A stretch of DNA of 59,638 bases from Nemertoderma westbladi (Eukaryota > Animalia > Xenacoelomorpha). Below, piece after piece: positions 1 through 12,849 of the stretch; the stretch's first letter is position 1; the number at the start of each line of letters is the position of its first letter. The DNA lies in NCBI GenBank assembly GCA_032718475.1, contig JAUCBJ010004687.1:1-59638 (forward strand), given 5' to 3'. The notes under the pieces are model-generated. The model saw nothing but the letters and a program-made list of their open reading frames with translations, did not search any database and had not been told where the DNA came from. A program made the translations under genes and the position numbers.

Positions 1-331
1 TACAATTTCGTACTTGTACAGTACAGCAGTACCGTACCGGTAGGCCTATGTCATTACTTCGGAGTCTAGCCAATCCCCAATTAAATGTCTTAACTTTTCA
101 ATTTCGTAGAAGATAGACTTTATCTACAAGCAACCAAAATTTCAGCTCTGGAAAATGAGGCGTTCCCGAGAAATTTAACATTTTCTAAAAACCACATAAT
201 CTGTCGTAGCTGACTTAATGATTTGTCACCAAACTTTACAAATTTTCTAAACTTTCCATCTACTACTTACCTACTAAGTTTGGTTCAATTTTAAATCAGC
301 GATGCCGAGAAATTCGCGTTCAAAGATTTAC

Positions 332-372
332 CAGACAGACAGACGGACGGACAGACGGACATACAGACGGAC
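332..372. repeat. (CAGA/CGGA)n microsatellite
   Basis: cagacagacagacggacggacagacggacatacagacggac read directly. Confidence 0.85.
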
Positions 373-479
373 ATGCCCCATTTGCCCTATATGAACCGTA
401 TGCCAAGGCTCGCCGACTACGTGTCTCGCCCCACAATGAAATATTATTAATACTTAGTAAGTTAAAATAAAATAAGTCT

Positions 480-1695
480 AGTGGGCATTCTAGAATTCCG
501 GTTCGAAAAATAAAGAAAATATCTTCAGACATATTAGCACCACTAACATATATTATTAACCAAAGTTTTACCAGATCTGAATTCCCAAATAAGCTTAAAT
601 TAGTTGATATAACACCAGTTTTTAAGAAAGGGGACAGTTCGGATCCTGAAAACTACAGACCAGTAGCTGTGACATCCCCCTTAACTAAAGTATTTGAACG
701 GGCAATATTTAATCAAATAGTTAGGTACATAGACCACAACAATATGCTTTACTGTAAACAGTTTGGCTTTCGGAATGGGTACTCTACAGTAGATGCCATA
801 ACTTACTTGACTGAATACTGGAGAGAAAAGTTAAATAAGGGGGAATACGTAGCTGTTGCATTCTTGGATCTCAGCAAGGCCTTCAATTCCATAAACAGGG
901 AAATATTATTACACAGACTGACCGACATGGGATTCCACAAAACAGCAATGCCATTAATCAGAAGCGGATTCCACAAAACAGCAATGTCATTAATCAGAAG
1001 TTATCGCAATCAGCGATAACAAAGGGTAAAATTACAAAACACGAAGTCCAACTGGAAAACAGAACTAAGAGGGGTTCCACACAGAACTAAGAGGGGTTCC
1101 ACACAGAACTAAGAGGGGTTCCACACAGAACTAAGAGGGGTTCCACACAGAACTAAGAGGGGTTCCACACAGAACTAAGAGGGGTTCCACACAGAACTAA
1201 GAGGGGTTCCACACAGAACTAAGAGGGGTTCCACACAGAACTAAGAGGGGTTCCACAGGGTACAATTTGAGGTCCTTTATTATTTACTCTCTATACAAAC
1301 GACATTCCAAAGAAAATAAGCAGCACCACAGATTTGATACAATATGTGGATGATACAGTTATATTTACAACAGACAAAAATCCAGAAAGAGCATCACAAA
1401 AATGAGAACAGGAAGTTATAAAACTAAATGATACATTCAGACTTCACCACCTTAAACTTAATCCATCAAAAAAGGAATGCTTACTTTTATCCCCTAAAGA
1501 ACGAAACACACCTGAACAAATAGAACTAAATGTTGGAACTGCAATACCGATAAGCCAATCAAAATCAGTAATGTAATCAATAATAATAATCAATAATAAA
1601 ATCAATAATATATTACAAAAGATGACCTTGAGCATTTCTAGTTTACGCAATATTAAGGGGCAATTAACTAATAGATCCAAATTAAATATATACAA
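480..1695 (+). pseudogene. Decayed CR1/L2/Jockey-type LINE reverse transcriptase fragment
   Basis: ORF 669-1019 has QFGFRNGYST and AFLDLSKAFNSI; downstream GVPQG..GPLLFTLYTND (~1248-1303) and YVDDT (~1343); stops and frameshifts. Confidence 0.85.
1059..1256. repeat. Nine perfect 22-bp tandem repeats ACAGAACTAAGAGGGGTTCCAC
   Basis: Counted directly; the unit encodes the T-E-L-R-G-V-P part of the RT motif. Confidence 0.95.
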
Positions 1696-3565
1696 GAATA
1701 TTTCGTTTTAATTTATTTTTACAAATACATACATAACATATCTATGCCCTACCAAAATTTAAACTTACCCTTTTATTCAAACAAAAATCGGAAAATAAAC
1801 CAATACACTAACAATATAGTCATATATATTGTTAATTGTCAATATAGTCCCTTCCTCCAACTGTATCTCTAACTCCTTTTGGTCTAACTCGACTATATCT
1901 AGCTGACACGCCAGATCTATCTCTAGCACCCTTCTTGCTTTCGCGGAGGATGTGGCGGACTTTTCGGTTACGACAGACTCCCGTCGCCTTCCGGTCCTAC
2001 TACTTCTATCTTATTTGCTAGTGGCGCCCATTGTTTTACTGACGGACGACACCGAGTCATCAGGATTTACCTCAGGTTCAGTGTTGTTCGAACCCGCCCA
2101 TCCCACTAACTTAATCCCCAGCGCATCTACTAGATAAGGTCCTACGTACACAACACTGTACGGCGTTACCCCCGATCGCCAGAATTCAAATAGTTCAGTC
2201 TCCGTCCGATCTCCGTCGCCCTTTTGTTCACCAGTCCACACTGCCCAAATCGGGCTAAATAGTGGAAATGTCTGTTACAATCACCAAGTCGGTGATCCGG
2301 TTTACCTTGGTCTGCTTTCCCGGTGGTCCTGGCATCTTTAAGTATCCTCTTCGTGGCGTTGTACCCACATTGCAGGCGATTGCTCATCTCGACGTCCTCC
2401 TCCTGAACGTTTCCTCGTCTGAACGCTTCGGAATCGTTTCCTCATCCAGCGTCGCACCGCCGACCCCACTGTTGCCGTTCTGGTGGGCCATCCGCTTCCC
2501 ATAGCCACTGGTTGGCAGGCGAACCCGGTGCTTCTCTCGCCACTCCCGTCTCGTGTCAACTCACGCTCCTGCTTGTCTTCTATCCATCCGCCTTCCTCCT
2601 CTCCAACCAGACTGTGTTCTCTCGGCGACTCCGGTGTATTGGGCCGATAGCATTGAGTCACCACCTCCCTGATCGTTGCGTCTCTGTTGCTCGGGATGCG
2701 CAGCGGACTCCCTCCTCCACCGATCGAATTTTGGGGCGTTGGCTCCCTCATCGTTGGCGTGGTGTATGGTCGTCACAGATCTTGTCTCTTTGTCTCTTAG
2801 GTTTTCAACTGTGATGGAATCTGAGTTGGTGAGGATCCCGACCGGATTTTGTGTTGTTGTTCATAAGGGTCACCACGTGCTAATAGCTGAAGGCTTGGGG
2901 TTGAAAGGCCGTAGGCCAAATAATAACTGAGTTAATAACTGAGTCTGTGGTTATTAGTAATGTCAGATATATGAGCATCAGAAATACAGCACAATCAGTA
3001 CAGTACAATAATAGCAGTAATGACGACAGTTGAAAAACGTTTGACTTTTACACTCTATATAGGCAACTGAACCACAATTAACAGAACAACGATTATATAT
3101 TGTATGGAAAATTACACACATTCCTAGCTAGGTTTGGCCTACCAATAAATAAATGCACGCTAATTGATGGAAAGCTGCACCACTATTGGCTGGTTTACTC
3201 CTTGGCCAATCCCTATTTTCCCCTGGCCCTATGCTGGCTTCCCCCATGAGATGTGTTGGTATCTCTCCCCAGCTGGCAATATATTCGCTCATTCCCTTTA
3301 GTATGTAATATTGCATTGGACAATATTGCATATCTAATCGTGATTCGTAAATCACGATTTCCCCATTATCGGCTGGGTTATGCAACGAATTGGATACGCT
3401 AACATATACTCATCGTATAATATTTATATGGAATATACTGTACATAGAAAAAACACTGAAACAATAGAAAATCTCATTTTTCTCCTGTTTCATCCACAAT
3501 TCAGTCTGCCTCATAGGCTAAATATTGCATGACAAAGTGTACGTACTGCCGATATACTTACTTAC

Positions 3566-3803
3566 CATATTTTTCTCGTACGAGTATCAATGAATGTAAT
3601 GCAGCCTGTATCTTCCCAAGTTTAATGTGGGCGATGACATCAGTGTCAGCTACAAATGAAAGGACTACTTCTGTCTCAAAAACTCCTGGGTTTGAACCAG
3701 AAAGTGAACCGATTAATGTTGGCGAGTGGGCAAATACTTTGGATTCCCCCGCACCACTTGCTGTGATCCATGGACCACAAGCAACTTCCTGGTTACTTGC
3801 CAG
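3566..3803 (-). CDS. Candidate isolated host coding exon (238 nt), product unknown
   Basis: Minus strand: pyrimidine tract ttttgttttaacatttcag acceptor, open frame LASNQEVACGPW...LVREKY, then G|GTAAGT donor; no TE motif recognised. Confidence 0.45.
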
Positions 3804-3912
3804 CTGAAATGTTAAAACAAAAGTATAAACATTCATTAAAAAAATATTTTACTGCAATTGCCATTCACAGGGACGGTTTGTATTCGATGCTGCTGCGAAA
3901 AACTAGAAATAG

Positions 3913-4248
3913 AGGCAGCCATAATGTACACCCAAGGCAGCCTTAACGTACACCCAAGGCAGTCATAACGTACACCCAAGGCAGCCATAACGTACACCCA
4001 AGGCTGCCATAACCTTCACCCAAGGCAGCCATAACATACACCCAAGGCAGCCATAACGTACAGCCAAGGCAGCCATAACGTACACCCAAAGCAGCCATAA
4101 CATACACCCAAGGCAGCCATAACGTACACCTAAGGTAGCCATAACGTACACCCATGGCAGCCTTAATTTACACTCAATGTCGCCATAATGTACACCCTAG
4201 GCCGCCATAGCATACACCCTTGGCCGCCATAACATACACCCAAGGCCA
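3913..4248. repeat. 22-bp minisatellite, unit AGGCAGCCATAACGTACACCCA (~15 degenerate copies)
   Basis: Read directly; the ORFs over it are repeat translations. Confidence 0.9.
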
Positions 4249-4789
4249 TCAGGGCTGCCGAGAGGGGGGGGGGGGGGGGAGGGGGGGGGGGCAGAGGGGG
4301 TAATATTGCCGGGCCCAGGAGATGCTGATGTGGCCTGATGCTGGGAAATCTCTTACACTTACATATAAAATAAGTAATGGTAGTTTTTAAAAACTTGTTT
4401 AACAACGAGTAAAAATTTATTCATCGTACTCCATATGAAATAAAAATTTAAAGACCAGATTTAAAAGCACCAAGCGATTGGGGGTTTCGAAGGTCTAGTG
4501 AGAGGGAATTGTATATTTTGGGGGCGGCGACAGTGAAGGCACGCTTGACATAATTTCCTAGGTTATATCTGGGGATTTCAAGCAACCCAGAATTACCGGA
4601 AACAGTAACAGCTGTGGCTCATATCGCGTTAGTAGGTTCCATAGTCCATCATAACATAACATACACCATGTCCCAGAATATAGTGTTGAATTCATTGACA
4701 CAACCACCCCCACCCCACCCCCCCCCCCCCCCCCCCAAATTGTTCTACACATCTTGATGAGATTACATGAAATTTGAAACAGAGATAGT

Positions 4790-5762
4790 CCCACTCTGTT
4801 TGATTCGGAGTCCTTTTCGGGATCATACTACACACAGCAAAAGTGGGGAAGTTCAAACCCAATTCCCACTGCGTGGCGTCCCACTCTGTTTGTTTCCGAG
4901 TCCTTTTCAGGCATGGGCTGTCCACCATGCTTATTCACTCCATGAGGCTGCCAAAGTACAAGATTATGCACTGGCTGGTCCTCACGGCGAAAGCAATGTC
5001 CTGCAAAGCGGAGGCGATTTTGTTCTAGTGTCAAGCTTGGGGGAACCAATGAGACACCTCCAATGTTATATAGTGTCTGGTTGGAGATGTGTGCATTGTA
5101 CTTGACACAATGTACCCGGCGTAGCATTCTTGTGAATGTGCCATCCAGAGATTTGGTGTCCTCAGCAGTTAGAGCCCAGCATGGACTCCCGTAGAGGAGT
5201 ACTGGAACTACTGCTGCTCTAAATAATCGGACCTTAAGTTTCCGATTAATTCTAGGTGACTTCCAAATCCTGGAAAGCCTATTCAAGGCTGCCCATGCCT
5301 TTCCCTTACGTATTCGAAGGTCCTCACCTGACTTCCGGATCCATGATCCCAGGTAACAGAAGTCGTCCACATGCTCAAGCATACCATCCTTTGAGCTTAT
5401 GCTCATCCGATCAGAGACTTGCTGAGGACTTTCAAAGTTAACAGTCAGAATTTTGGTCTTTCTGGAGTTAATAAAAAGACCAACACTAGAAGCAGCATGT
5501 TCTAATGAGCTGAGGAGCCGCTGGGCTCCCTCTAATGATTCTGAGAGTACTCCTAAGTCATCAGCAAAGTCTAGATCAGTTAGGTACTTGGCAGGATTTC
5601 CTCGACTTCTGGAGCCAGTAGGTGGAGTTATCATCACCCCATCATCATTATGATGATCTAAGGACATGCGTAGAACATAGTCAACCACAATAATGAACAA
5701 GAATGGTGCATGTGTGTCTCCTTGGAGGACGCCCCATAACACTTCAAATGGTTCTGTGTCCT
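4790..5762 (-). mobile_element. RTE-clade LINE family 1, RT/C-terminal fragment (copy A)
   Basis: ORF 4828-5742: GVLQGDTHAPFLF, LDFADDL, FCYLGS, LLYGSPCW, RLRFAGHC; near-identical to the copies at 9.1-9.6, 11.6, 13.1-13.7 and 29 kb. Confidence 0.9.
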
Positions 5763-5941
5763 GCTACCAGTAGGCCTACTGGTAAAAGCAGTACAGCAGT
5801 GTTTTATATGAAGTAAGTAATCTTAATTTAGCGACATCTTATACGCAACTAAATTTATAATGTATGAAAAGACCAAATGAAATTCAATATAAATTTTCAC
5901 CTGTCTGCATGGATGGTTGTTTTTAGATTATGTTTCATTTG

Positions 5942-6016
5942 GCGGTCCAGTTCGGTCCAGTTCTCCTCTCTTTCGATCCAGTTCGGTTCAGTTCGGTCCA
6001 GTTCGGTCCAGATTCG
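5942..6016. repeat. (GGTCCAGTTC)n-like short tandem repeat
   Basis: cggtccagttcggtccagttc... read directly. Confidence 0.75.
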
Positions 6017-7472
6017 GGTACATAACTATTTTCTTAATTTATGGGATAGCCTATTCGTGCTATACTTACCGGTACCTGCAGTTACTGTATGGTATGGTGC
6101 AGTTTTCGTTGTGGTAGTTGGGTTGGGTTATGTAGCACTAAAATCGATTTGGTATTTCATTTTTTAATGGGCCTTAGTGCCTGAGTACTAACAGTGGCCC
6201 AAGTGGCCCTAAATGCTAGGTAGTATCTGAGGGAATAAGACCCCATGTCCTATTTTATTGTTTTCATATTAATATCACAATCCCTATAAAGTCGTGGTTG
6301 TCTAACATCGTATAATTAATATTCCAGGATGTTATAAGAGACTGGCAGCTGTGTCAGTTACTTACTAGTGACTTCAAACTTAGTTACTGGAACCTTATTG
6401 AAAGAGATTCGAAGCTCAACATTATTTTGCCAGTGTCTCTCATCCAGCATTTAAACGCATATTGATCGAAGTCCCAGACTCCAAGGTCAACCAGCTCTGC
6501 CATCACCCCCCATCCCCCCCTCCCCCACCCCTTCCTTTTACTCTATTGGTTGTTTTTCTTGTGGAATAGTAAAGTATAAAATAATCCGCCATAATTAATA
6601 AATAGATAATAATACAGCCTAATAAATTAGAATAACGTTATTATTAATAATACAAATTAATCGAATCAGTAATTGCTCAAGCCACTGGGATTTGTACATT
6701 TTCTCAATAAGTAACAATAAGTAACATCTATCGTGTTCGCGAACGCGTACATTGATCCAGGACTGTTTGTATGAGGGTCTATTACTGCTGTACTGTAGTA
6801 TTAAACCATCACATGCACGGTGGTAAATAGCCAGAAGGTTATCAGCTGGTGGCGGTGAGGTCGAAAATAAAAAAATTATAAGTAACAGCAAATAATATAT
6901 TTGTAAATCTACTGTATTTGGCAAATACTGTATATACATTCTAATTTATACTGTCTGTTACTATAATAATACAAACCTGGGTTTTTGGACAGGAGTGGAC
7001 ATTTATATGAAAGAAACAACAGTTTTTACCATTTGCAGTTGCAGCTGTACCGGAGCATGTATTCTGGCAGAATGTTTTTATACCGTCAGCATCACGGGGT
7101 GTGTCAGATCCTATAATAAATTATAATAAATAAAATAAACAGTAACATTATTACTGTCTGCATTTTAACTGTTGCAGTCGTTGGCGGATGTGTACCTGTT
7201 CATTAATTAGTGAAAAATATGCCTATGTGTCAGGTTTATTTTGCTGATAAAATTTTGCAATAATTTAATAATAATAGCACTTATATTTATTAATGCAGGC
7301 GCCCTTAGAGATTTTATAATCTTATCAGGGCGCCTACAGCTGACCGATTAAACGCTGTTACAACTATTAATACTGGTACGACTACCTCGACTACGAGTTA
7401 GACGACCTCCGCAGCGCTATTATACGAACATACCGACAACATGTACCAAAAACTGAAGTCCCCTCGGGTTTA

Positions 7473-8276
7473 ATGGAACATGATATACTCAGTGACACAA
7501 CCGCGTACCAACAACTCCGCCGCAACCCCACCCGTACCGAGGGTGTACGAGTTAACAATGGGATCAAGAATTTACTTCCTCGATCACAAACCCCTTACAA
7601 GGTGGCTAGTCTACTTAACAGTAGACCATGTGCACCGCAGTTATATGGAAATCCGAAGAATCATAAAGCGAACAACCCAATGCGGCCCATCTCATCGGGA
7701 ATCGGATCCCCCTCGGAGAAGCTAGCGTGGGTTTGCTGCCAAATTCTTACACAACTCATCAACCTCATCCCCAGCCGCCTAAAAGATACCCTCGACTTCA
7801 TGCAACGCGTTAAAACTCTACCTCCCCTGGATCCCAAAGACATCATTTTTAGCTTAGACATCGTTTCGATGTATACTAATATTAATGTACCCGAGGGAAT
7901 CGATTTAATTACAGATTTTTTAGCCCAGCACCAACAGGAGATCAATTTATTTGGTATCACTGTTCCCGATTTTTATGGGATCTTATCGATTTGTTCTGAA
8001 CTGTCTTACTTTCATTTCAACGGTAAATTTTACCGACAATTGTTAGGCCTAGGGATGGGTAACAAGAAAGCGGCACCTTTCGCCCAATTGTATATTTATT
8101 TACAAGAACTAAAATGGTTAGGTAACTACCACCTAGCACCAGAGTGTTGGTGGCGTTACTATGACGACGGATGGGCGATGTGGAAACATGGTGAAACTGA
8201 ACTCGTTAATTTTGTCGATTACCTGAATACTTTTAACTTTTTGAATACTATGTTTTTGTTTTTTTGTAGTGTTTAG
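7473..8276 (+). pseudogene. Penelope-like element reverse transcriptase (truncated before the GIY-YIG domain)
   Basis: LYGNPKNHK, MRPISS, FSLDIVSMYTNI, YRQLLGLGMG, WWRYYDD, FVDYLN: Penelope/Poseidon RT motifs. Confidence 0.9.
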
Positions 8277-8504
8277 TTAGAATTCACAATGGTGCAATTA
8301 TTATATCCTTACCAAATATTAGTGTTAAGTTGATTTCCCCCTTTAGTTCATCCCACAGGATATACAGTTAGTTAATTTCTTATGTGCTTGTACACATGCT
8401 ACGCGAAGGCCCATGCGACGTATGTATGAGTCATACAGGCCTACAAACCGGTACTGTTTACTTCACCTCGTGCAGTTCTCTGGGTAGTTAGGTATTTTCC
8501 ATAG

Positions 8505-8542
8505 TCAGCTAGACAAAGGCCTGTAGGCCGAAATATTGCTAA
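8505..8542 (+). ncRNA. Hammerhead-ribozyme-like motif in the Penelope 3' region
   Basis: TCAGC-TAGACAAA-GGCC tgta GGCC-GAAA-TATT-GCTAA: stem II plus GAAA with a variant core, ~230 nt after the PLE RT. Confidence 0.45.
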
Positions 8543-8733
8543 GTTGTAATAATTGGTTACTTGTGTGGTCTTTGTAATTTTATCTACCTGATTTAATTTA
8601 TTAAAGAATTTGAATATTTGTAAATTTGGTTTTCACGTATCATGATTGAAGCAGTAACCCGGGCGCGCACTATTATTCGCAATATGAAACTATTAATACT
8701 AGGCCTACTGCACAACTATAATAGTACTGGAAC

Positions 8734-8916
8734 TTATTTATTGAATAAATAAGTCTTTAGTTTTGATTTAAAATCGCCCAGTTCCAGGCCTTTGTACGGC
8801 CTAATCGCAACAGGAAGCCTGTTCCATGGATCTGGGTCAGCACGGTAGTAAGCACGCTGTGCCAATGCTGAGGAGACATGAGGCACCTGAATGCAGGCCG
8901 CAAAAGTATTTAACAA
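8734..8916 (-). pseudogene. 3' end of an L2/CR1-type LINE ORF2
   Basis: RAY...PWNRLPVAIR...FKSKLKTYLF, typical L2-group C-terminal motif. Confidence 0.7.
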
Positions 8917-9075
8917 CTTTAATTACCACTAGAGGATTAATATTTACACCAACATGCATTCCAATGAGTTGAGTATCTATCATAGTAAATAACGTGTCAT
9001 TACCAATGTACCGGTAATGAAATAAATTATAGTTTTAATCACATCTTAATGTAAACAAAGCAAAATTGTTGTCTT

Positions 9076-9611
9076 TACTACACTAGGATTGGCATGCTGC
9101 ATTGCAGCTGCATTATTAAGAATGCTGTGTCGGCTTGTCGACAAAATTGCGCCGCCACAACTCCCTAAGCCTACTACACTAGGATCGGCATGCTGCATTG
9201 CAGCTGCAATATTAAGAATGCTATTTCGGCTTGTCGACAAAATTGTGCCGCCATAACTCATCACCCATGACATTTGCTAGATCATCCGCATCTTCAAAGC
9301 CAGTTTCCTTTAAGATGCGTCTCAAGAAAGTCATGGGCCATCCACCATGCTTATTCACTCCATGAGGCTGCCAAAGCACAAGATTATGCACTGGCTGGTC
9401 CTCACGGCGAAAGCAATGTCCTGCAAAGCGGTGTTCTAGTGTCAAGCTTGGGGAACCAATGAGACACCTCTAATATTATATAGTGTCTGGTTGGAGATGT
9501 GTGCAACTGCCTACCCGGCGTAGAATTCTTGTGAATGTGCCATCCAGAGATTTGGTGTCCTCAGCAGTTAGAGCCCAGCATGGACTCCAATAGAGTACTG
9601 GAACTACTGCT
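9076..9611 (-). mobile_element. RTE family 1 copy B, 3' part (with ~95-bp tandem duplication of the 3' end)
   Basis: Matches 4920-5215 and 28970-29425; ends at TSD CTGCT (9607-9611) next to the Gypsy LTR. Confidence 0.9.
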
Positions 9612-9772
9612 TCTTGTGATATGAAGCAGGGGTTACGATAAGAGAATAATGTTATCTAACCATATACGTACAATGTACATATCATATATAATAATATGTC
9701 CCGTCACCAAACATATCTAAACATAACTTCTAAGTAAATCATTACTGTCGCTAGGCAACTTTGTAAATAATA

Positions 9773-10720
9773 TAACCCTGGAATTTATAGATTCGATGTT
9801 GTTTAGGGTCTTAAGTGCAAATGGGCTTAGCAGAATTCCTACTCCACCAATTGATGCATTGGCCGAGTTCCTTACTGCTGAGCTTGTTACTAACGTCCAT
9901 CCATTTCCAATGTCATTGTACTTCATGGAAGTGTCTTCATGACAAATCCGATGTTCTTGGATGCAGATAATGTCGATGTTATATTCCATTGCCAGAGCAA
10001 CCATGTCACCCTGTTTGCTCTGTGCTTTCAGCGTGCGTGCGTTCATTGTAGCAATCTTTAGTGTCTTTTTACATTTCAACAGGTTGGTTCTTCTTTCTTC
10101 TCTGTCTTCTGTTTCAGTAGCCAATTTATCGACCCCAGCCTGGTGTACCACTGAGGGACGTGGTCCTTGTTGACCCGGGCGACGACCGAGCCGGTATTTC
10201 TCCTGGAGGGTTCTCATACTCATATCTTTCAGTTGCGGGAGTAAACCGCTTGTGGTCGCAACTCCTACAAGCGTCTTCGCAGTAGGTCGCCATTGGTTGA
10301 TTACCTTCCGCCGACCTTGTCAGCATGTCTAGCCGTTGGTTGATTACCTTCCGCCTATCCATGGCCTACAGCCCTGCTGCTGACTGTAGGGGTCCATTTG
10401 TTACACCCTGAACCAAGTGTGCCTCCTGGGTTAGGTTACCTAACACTGGTAGAGGAGCATCCAGTATAGACAGGGTGGGGCTTGTATCATCTCTAATGCA
10501 GATGCGTATCAAGCCTTTGCCTTCAATGGTGCCCTAGGCGCTATAGCCCTCAATGACTTATTTAGTTGATGGGGCTGAACCAACCCACTCTTGATCAACT
10601 AAATAATGAATAGGCTATGCTTATCGGGCCTGCCCTACTGGGCTGACAGCTACAGGTAGTACCACATTATTGCCATAGTGGTAGCAGGATCTGGGGACCT
10701 GACCTGACCAGCTTTACCAT
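9773..10720 (-). mobile_element. RTE family 2, 5' fragment (5'UTR plus APE endonuclease start)
   Basis: ORF 9717-10223: LKIATMNARTL, DIICIQEHR, GGVGILLS; 9773-9922 is near-identical to 56158-56307. Confidence 0.85.
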
Positions 10721-10729
10721 TAGGTTTAG

Positions 10730-12660
10730 TTTATTTTTAACAACATCTCGGCTGGCGATAGGAAGCGTGCGAGTGTTGGTTATTTTGTAGGGTTTAACCT
10801 CGTCTTGTAGATGAATTATCATGGGTTCACCAGTCATTGTCGGGAGTTCTTCATCTACAGAGAAAACATCCAGATATTGACTAATGATTTCAGATTGGAT
10901 GGATATCCACTCTTTATTAGTCGGTGATTCCGGAACTACAATTTTGGAATATTCTTTAATTTGGAGAATCTGTCGAACATGAGGGTAATCTGATGGAGAA
11001 CACCAATTTCCAAACAGACATACCGGGCGATTAGAAGTCCAGAAACTTCATTACAAATGTAAATATCCTCTAATGTTCTGTTGTTTTCAATTTCCATTAA
11101 AGCAGGAATTATTCCAATACAAGTGAGTTTTTCACCTCCGGCAGCTTCTAGAGTGTCCGGGGGAGGACGGAGCAGATTTTCGCTAGCAGAAGCCAAGTTG
11201 CTCCATGGTATCTAAGCCTCCAATTTTTGCCTCAGCTCCTGTATCTGGGGTAGCTTTAATAGCACCAAACTCCCGTTTTATGTCTTTAGAACGAATTATA
11301 ACTGAAACTTGGGGGGCAGTTTTTTGTTTTATTTTAGTTATTTCACCAATTCTGGTTATTCGTCCAGCCTTTTTCTTTCCACCTTTGTTTCCTTTTTTAT
11401 TTTGAGTGGATTTAGTACTAAGACAAACGGACGCATAGTGGCCAGTTTTGTTACAGTTGGTACACGTTGTCTCCAGCGCTGGGCAGTTGGATCTTTCGTG
11501 AGGGGATTTGCTGCAAAAGTGGCAGTTTTTATTACTTTAATTTCGCGACTACTACTAGTATCGGCATGCTGCAATTGCAGCTGCATTTTTAAGAATGCTG
11601 TGCCAGCTTGTCAACAAAATTGCACCACCACAACTCCCTATCACCCATGACATTTGCTAGATCATCCGCATCTTCAAGGCCAGTGTCCTTTAAGATGTGT
11701 CTCAAGAAAGTCATGGGCTGTCCACCATGCTTATTCACTCCACGAGGCTGCCAAAGTACAAGATTATGCACTGGCTGGTCCTCACGGCGAAAGCAATGTC
11801 TTATGTATGTAATGTTTATTTCGCGAAGCAGGGGGTTTACTGCATTGATGAAATGTTGTCTGGTAAACCGACTTCTTTCCTATGTCAGTTTTCCCTCGGA
11901 GTGCACTTTCTTCCGAGTGACATAGGTCAATAACAGTTGTAGACTCCAGGAATGGATCCATCGCAAGAAGTTTCCTTTTAACTTCCTCATCATTGATCCC
12001 CCCCCCCCCCCCCCCCCCCATAATCCGAGTAGAGATTCGTGTTTCCCTGCAGTGTCTACAAAGTTAAGCGAGATCCGCTAGTTCTCGAAGAGAAACAAGA
12101 AACGAATCGAAGGTTTCTCCATTGTTTTTGACTCGTTGTTCAAATGCAACATGGTCTAGGGAGATGTTGCATTTAGAACGGAGGTGTTTCTGAATGTCTT
12201 CTAAGATTTCGAATACAGATTTATCTCTATTATGGTATCGCAAGAATGTATCGCAGTGTGGAGTGCATTTCCAGTGAGAAGAATCCATGGAGATGAGTGA
12301 TCTGGTTTTCCTGCAGCCCATTGTCTATCTCTGTAACCTGTAAATAGTCATCCCACTGATCTTTCCATGATTTAAATTTCTTCAGTGAGAAATATACATC
12401 GAGTAGTGGTGGAGCCTTTGTGATGGGCTCGCATAGTTGAGGATGTGGAACAATGAGTTTGATTGTCGTTTCCGATACCGTTAGTTTCATCCTTAAAGCC
12501 GGCAGTTGCTAGGAGTTCTCGGAATCGTCTCTCCGATTCGAGTTTATCTTCACAACGAATTCTTTCGGATTCAGCGCGTTCTTCCCTGAGCAGTTGTAGC
12601 ATTTGTGCAAATGGATCCTCTTTGGGTCGTTCACTAATCCCTAAAGCATGTTAGAGATAG
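10730..12660 (-). pseudogene. Gypsy gag-protease pseudogene
   Basis: F..WKDQWDDY; FEQRVKNNGETFDSFLVSLRELA; two CCHC knuckles (CHFCSKSPHERSNC, CTNCNKTGHYASVC, ~11420-11525); protease ATPDTGAEA (~11230-11255). Confidence 0.85.
11549..11800 (-). mobile_element. Short 5'-truncated RTE family 1 copy inside the Gypsy gag
   Basis: Matches the RTE1 3' end including the TAG-type tail. Confidence 0.85.
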
Positions 12661-12849
12661 GCCTTCATGCATGATGTTGAGTCTCGATTATTTATATCTA
12701 GACCGAGGTTAGTCAAGTGAGTTTAAACCAAATCGAGTGATAAACTCTATATCACTCAAAGAAAGATCAAGAGTTTCTTCCTCTGTCGGCCATGCAGTAG
12801 TCATTATAGCGTTAAATGTGTAGGATCATAGCTTAAACACACTGCGCCA

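Noticed and set aside
1059-1256. CRISPR-like array
   Set aside because: Head-to-tail repeats with no spacers, no cas genes, eukaryotic context
3943-4405. Cys/Trp-rich and poly-Pro ORFs
   Set aside because: Translations of a 22-bp minisatellite and a poly-G run
4249-4790. Possible MITE (CAGGGCTGCCGAG-polyG; polyC block similar to 14140-14215)
   Set aside because: Repeat-like, but paired TIRs and a TSD could not be defined
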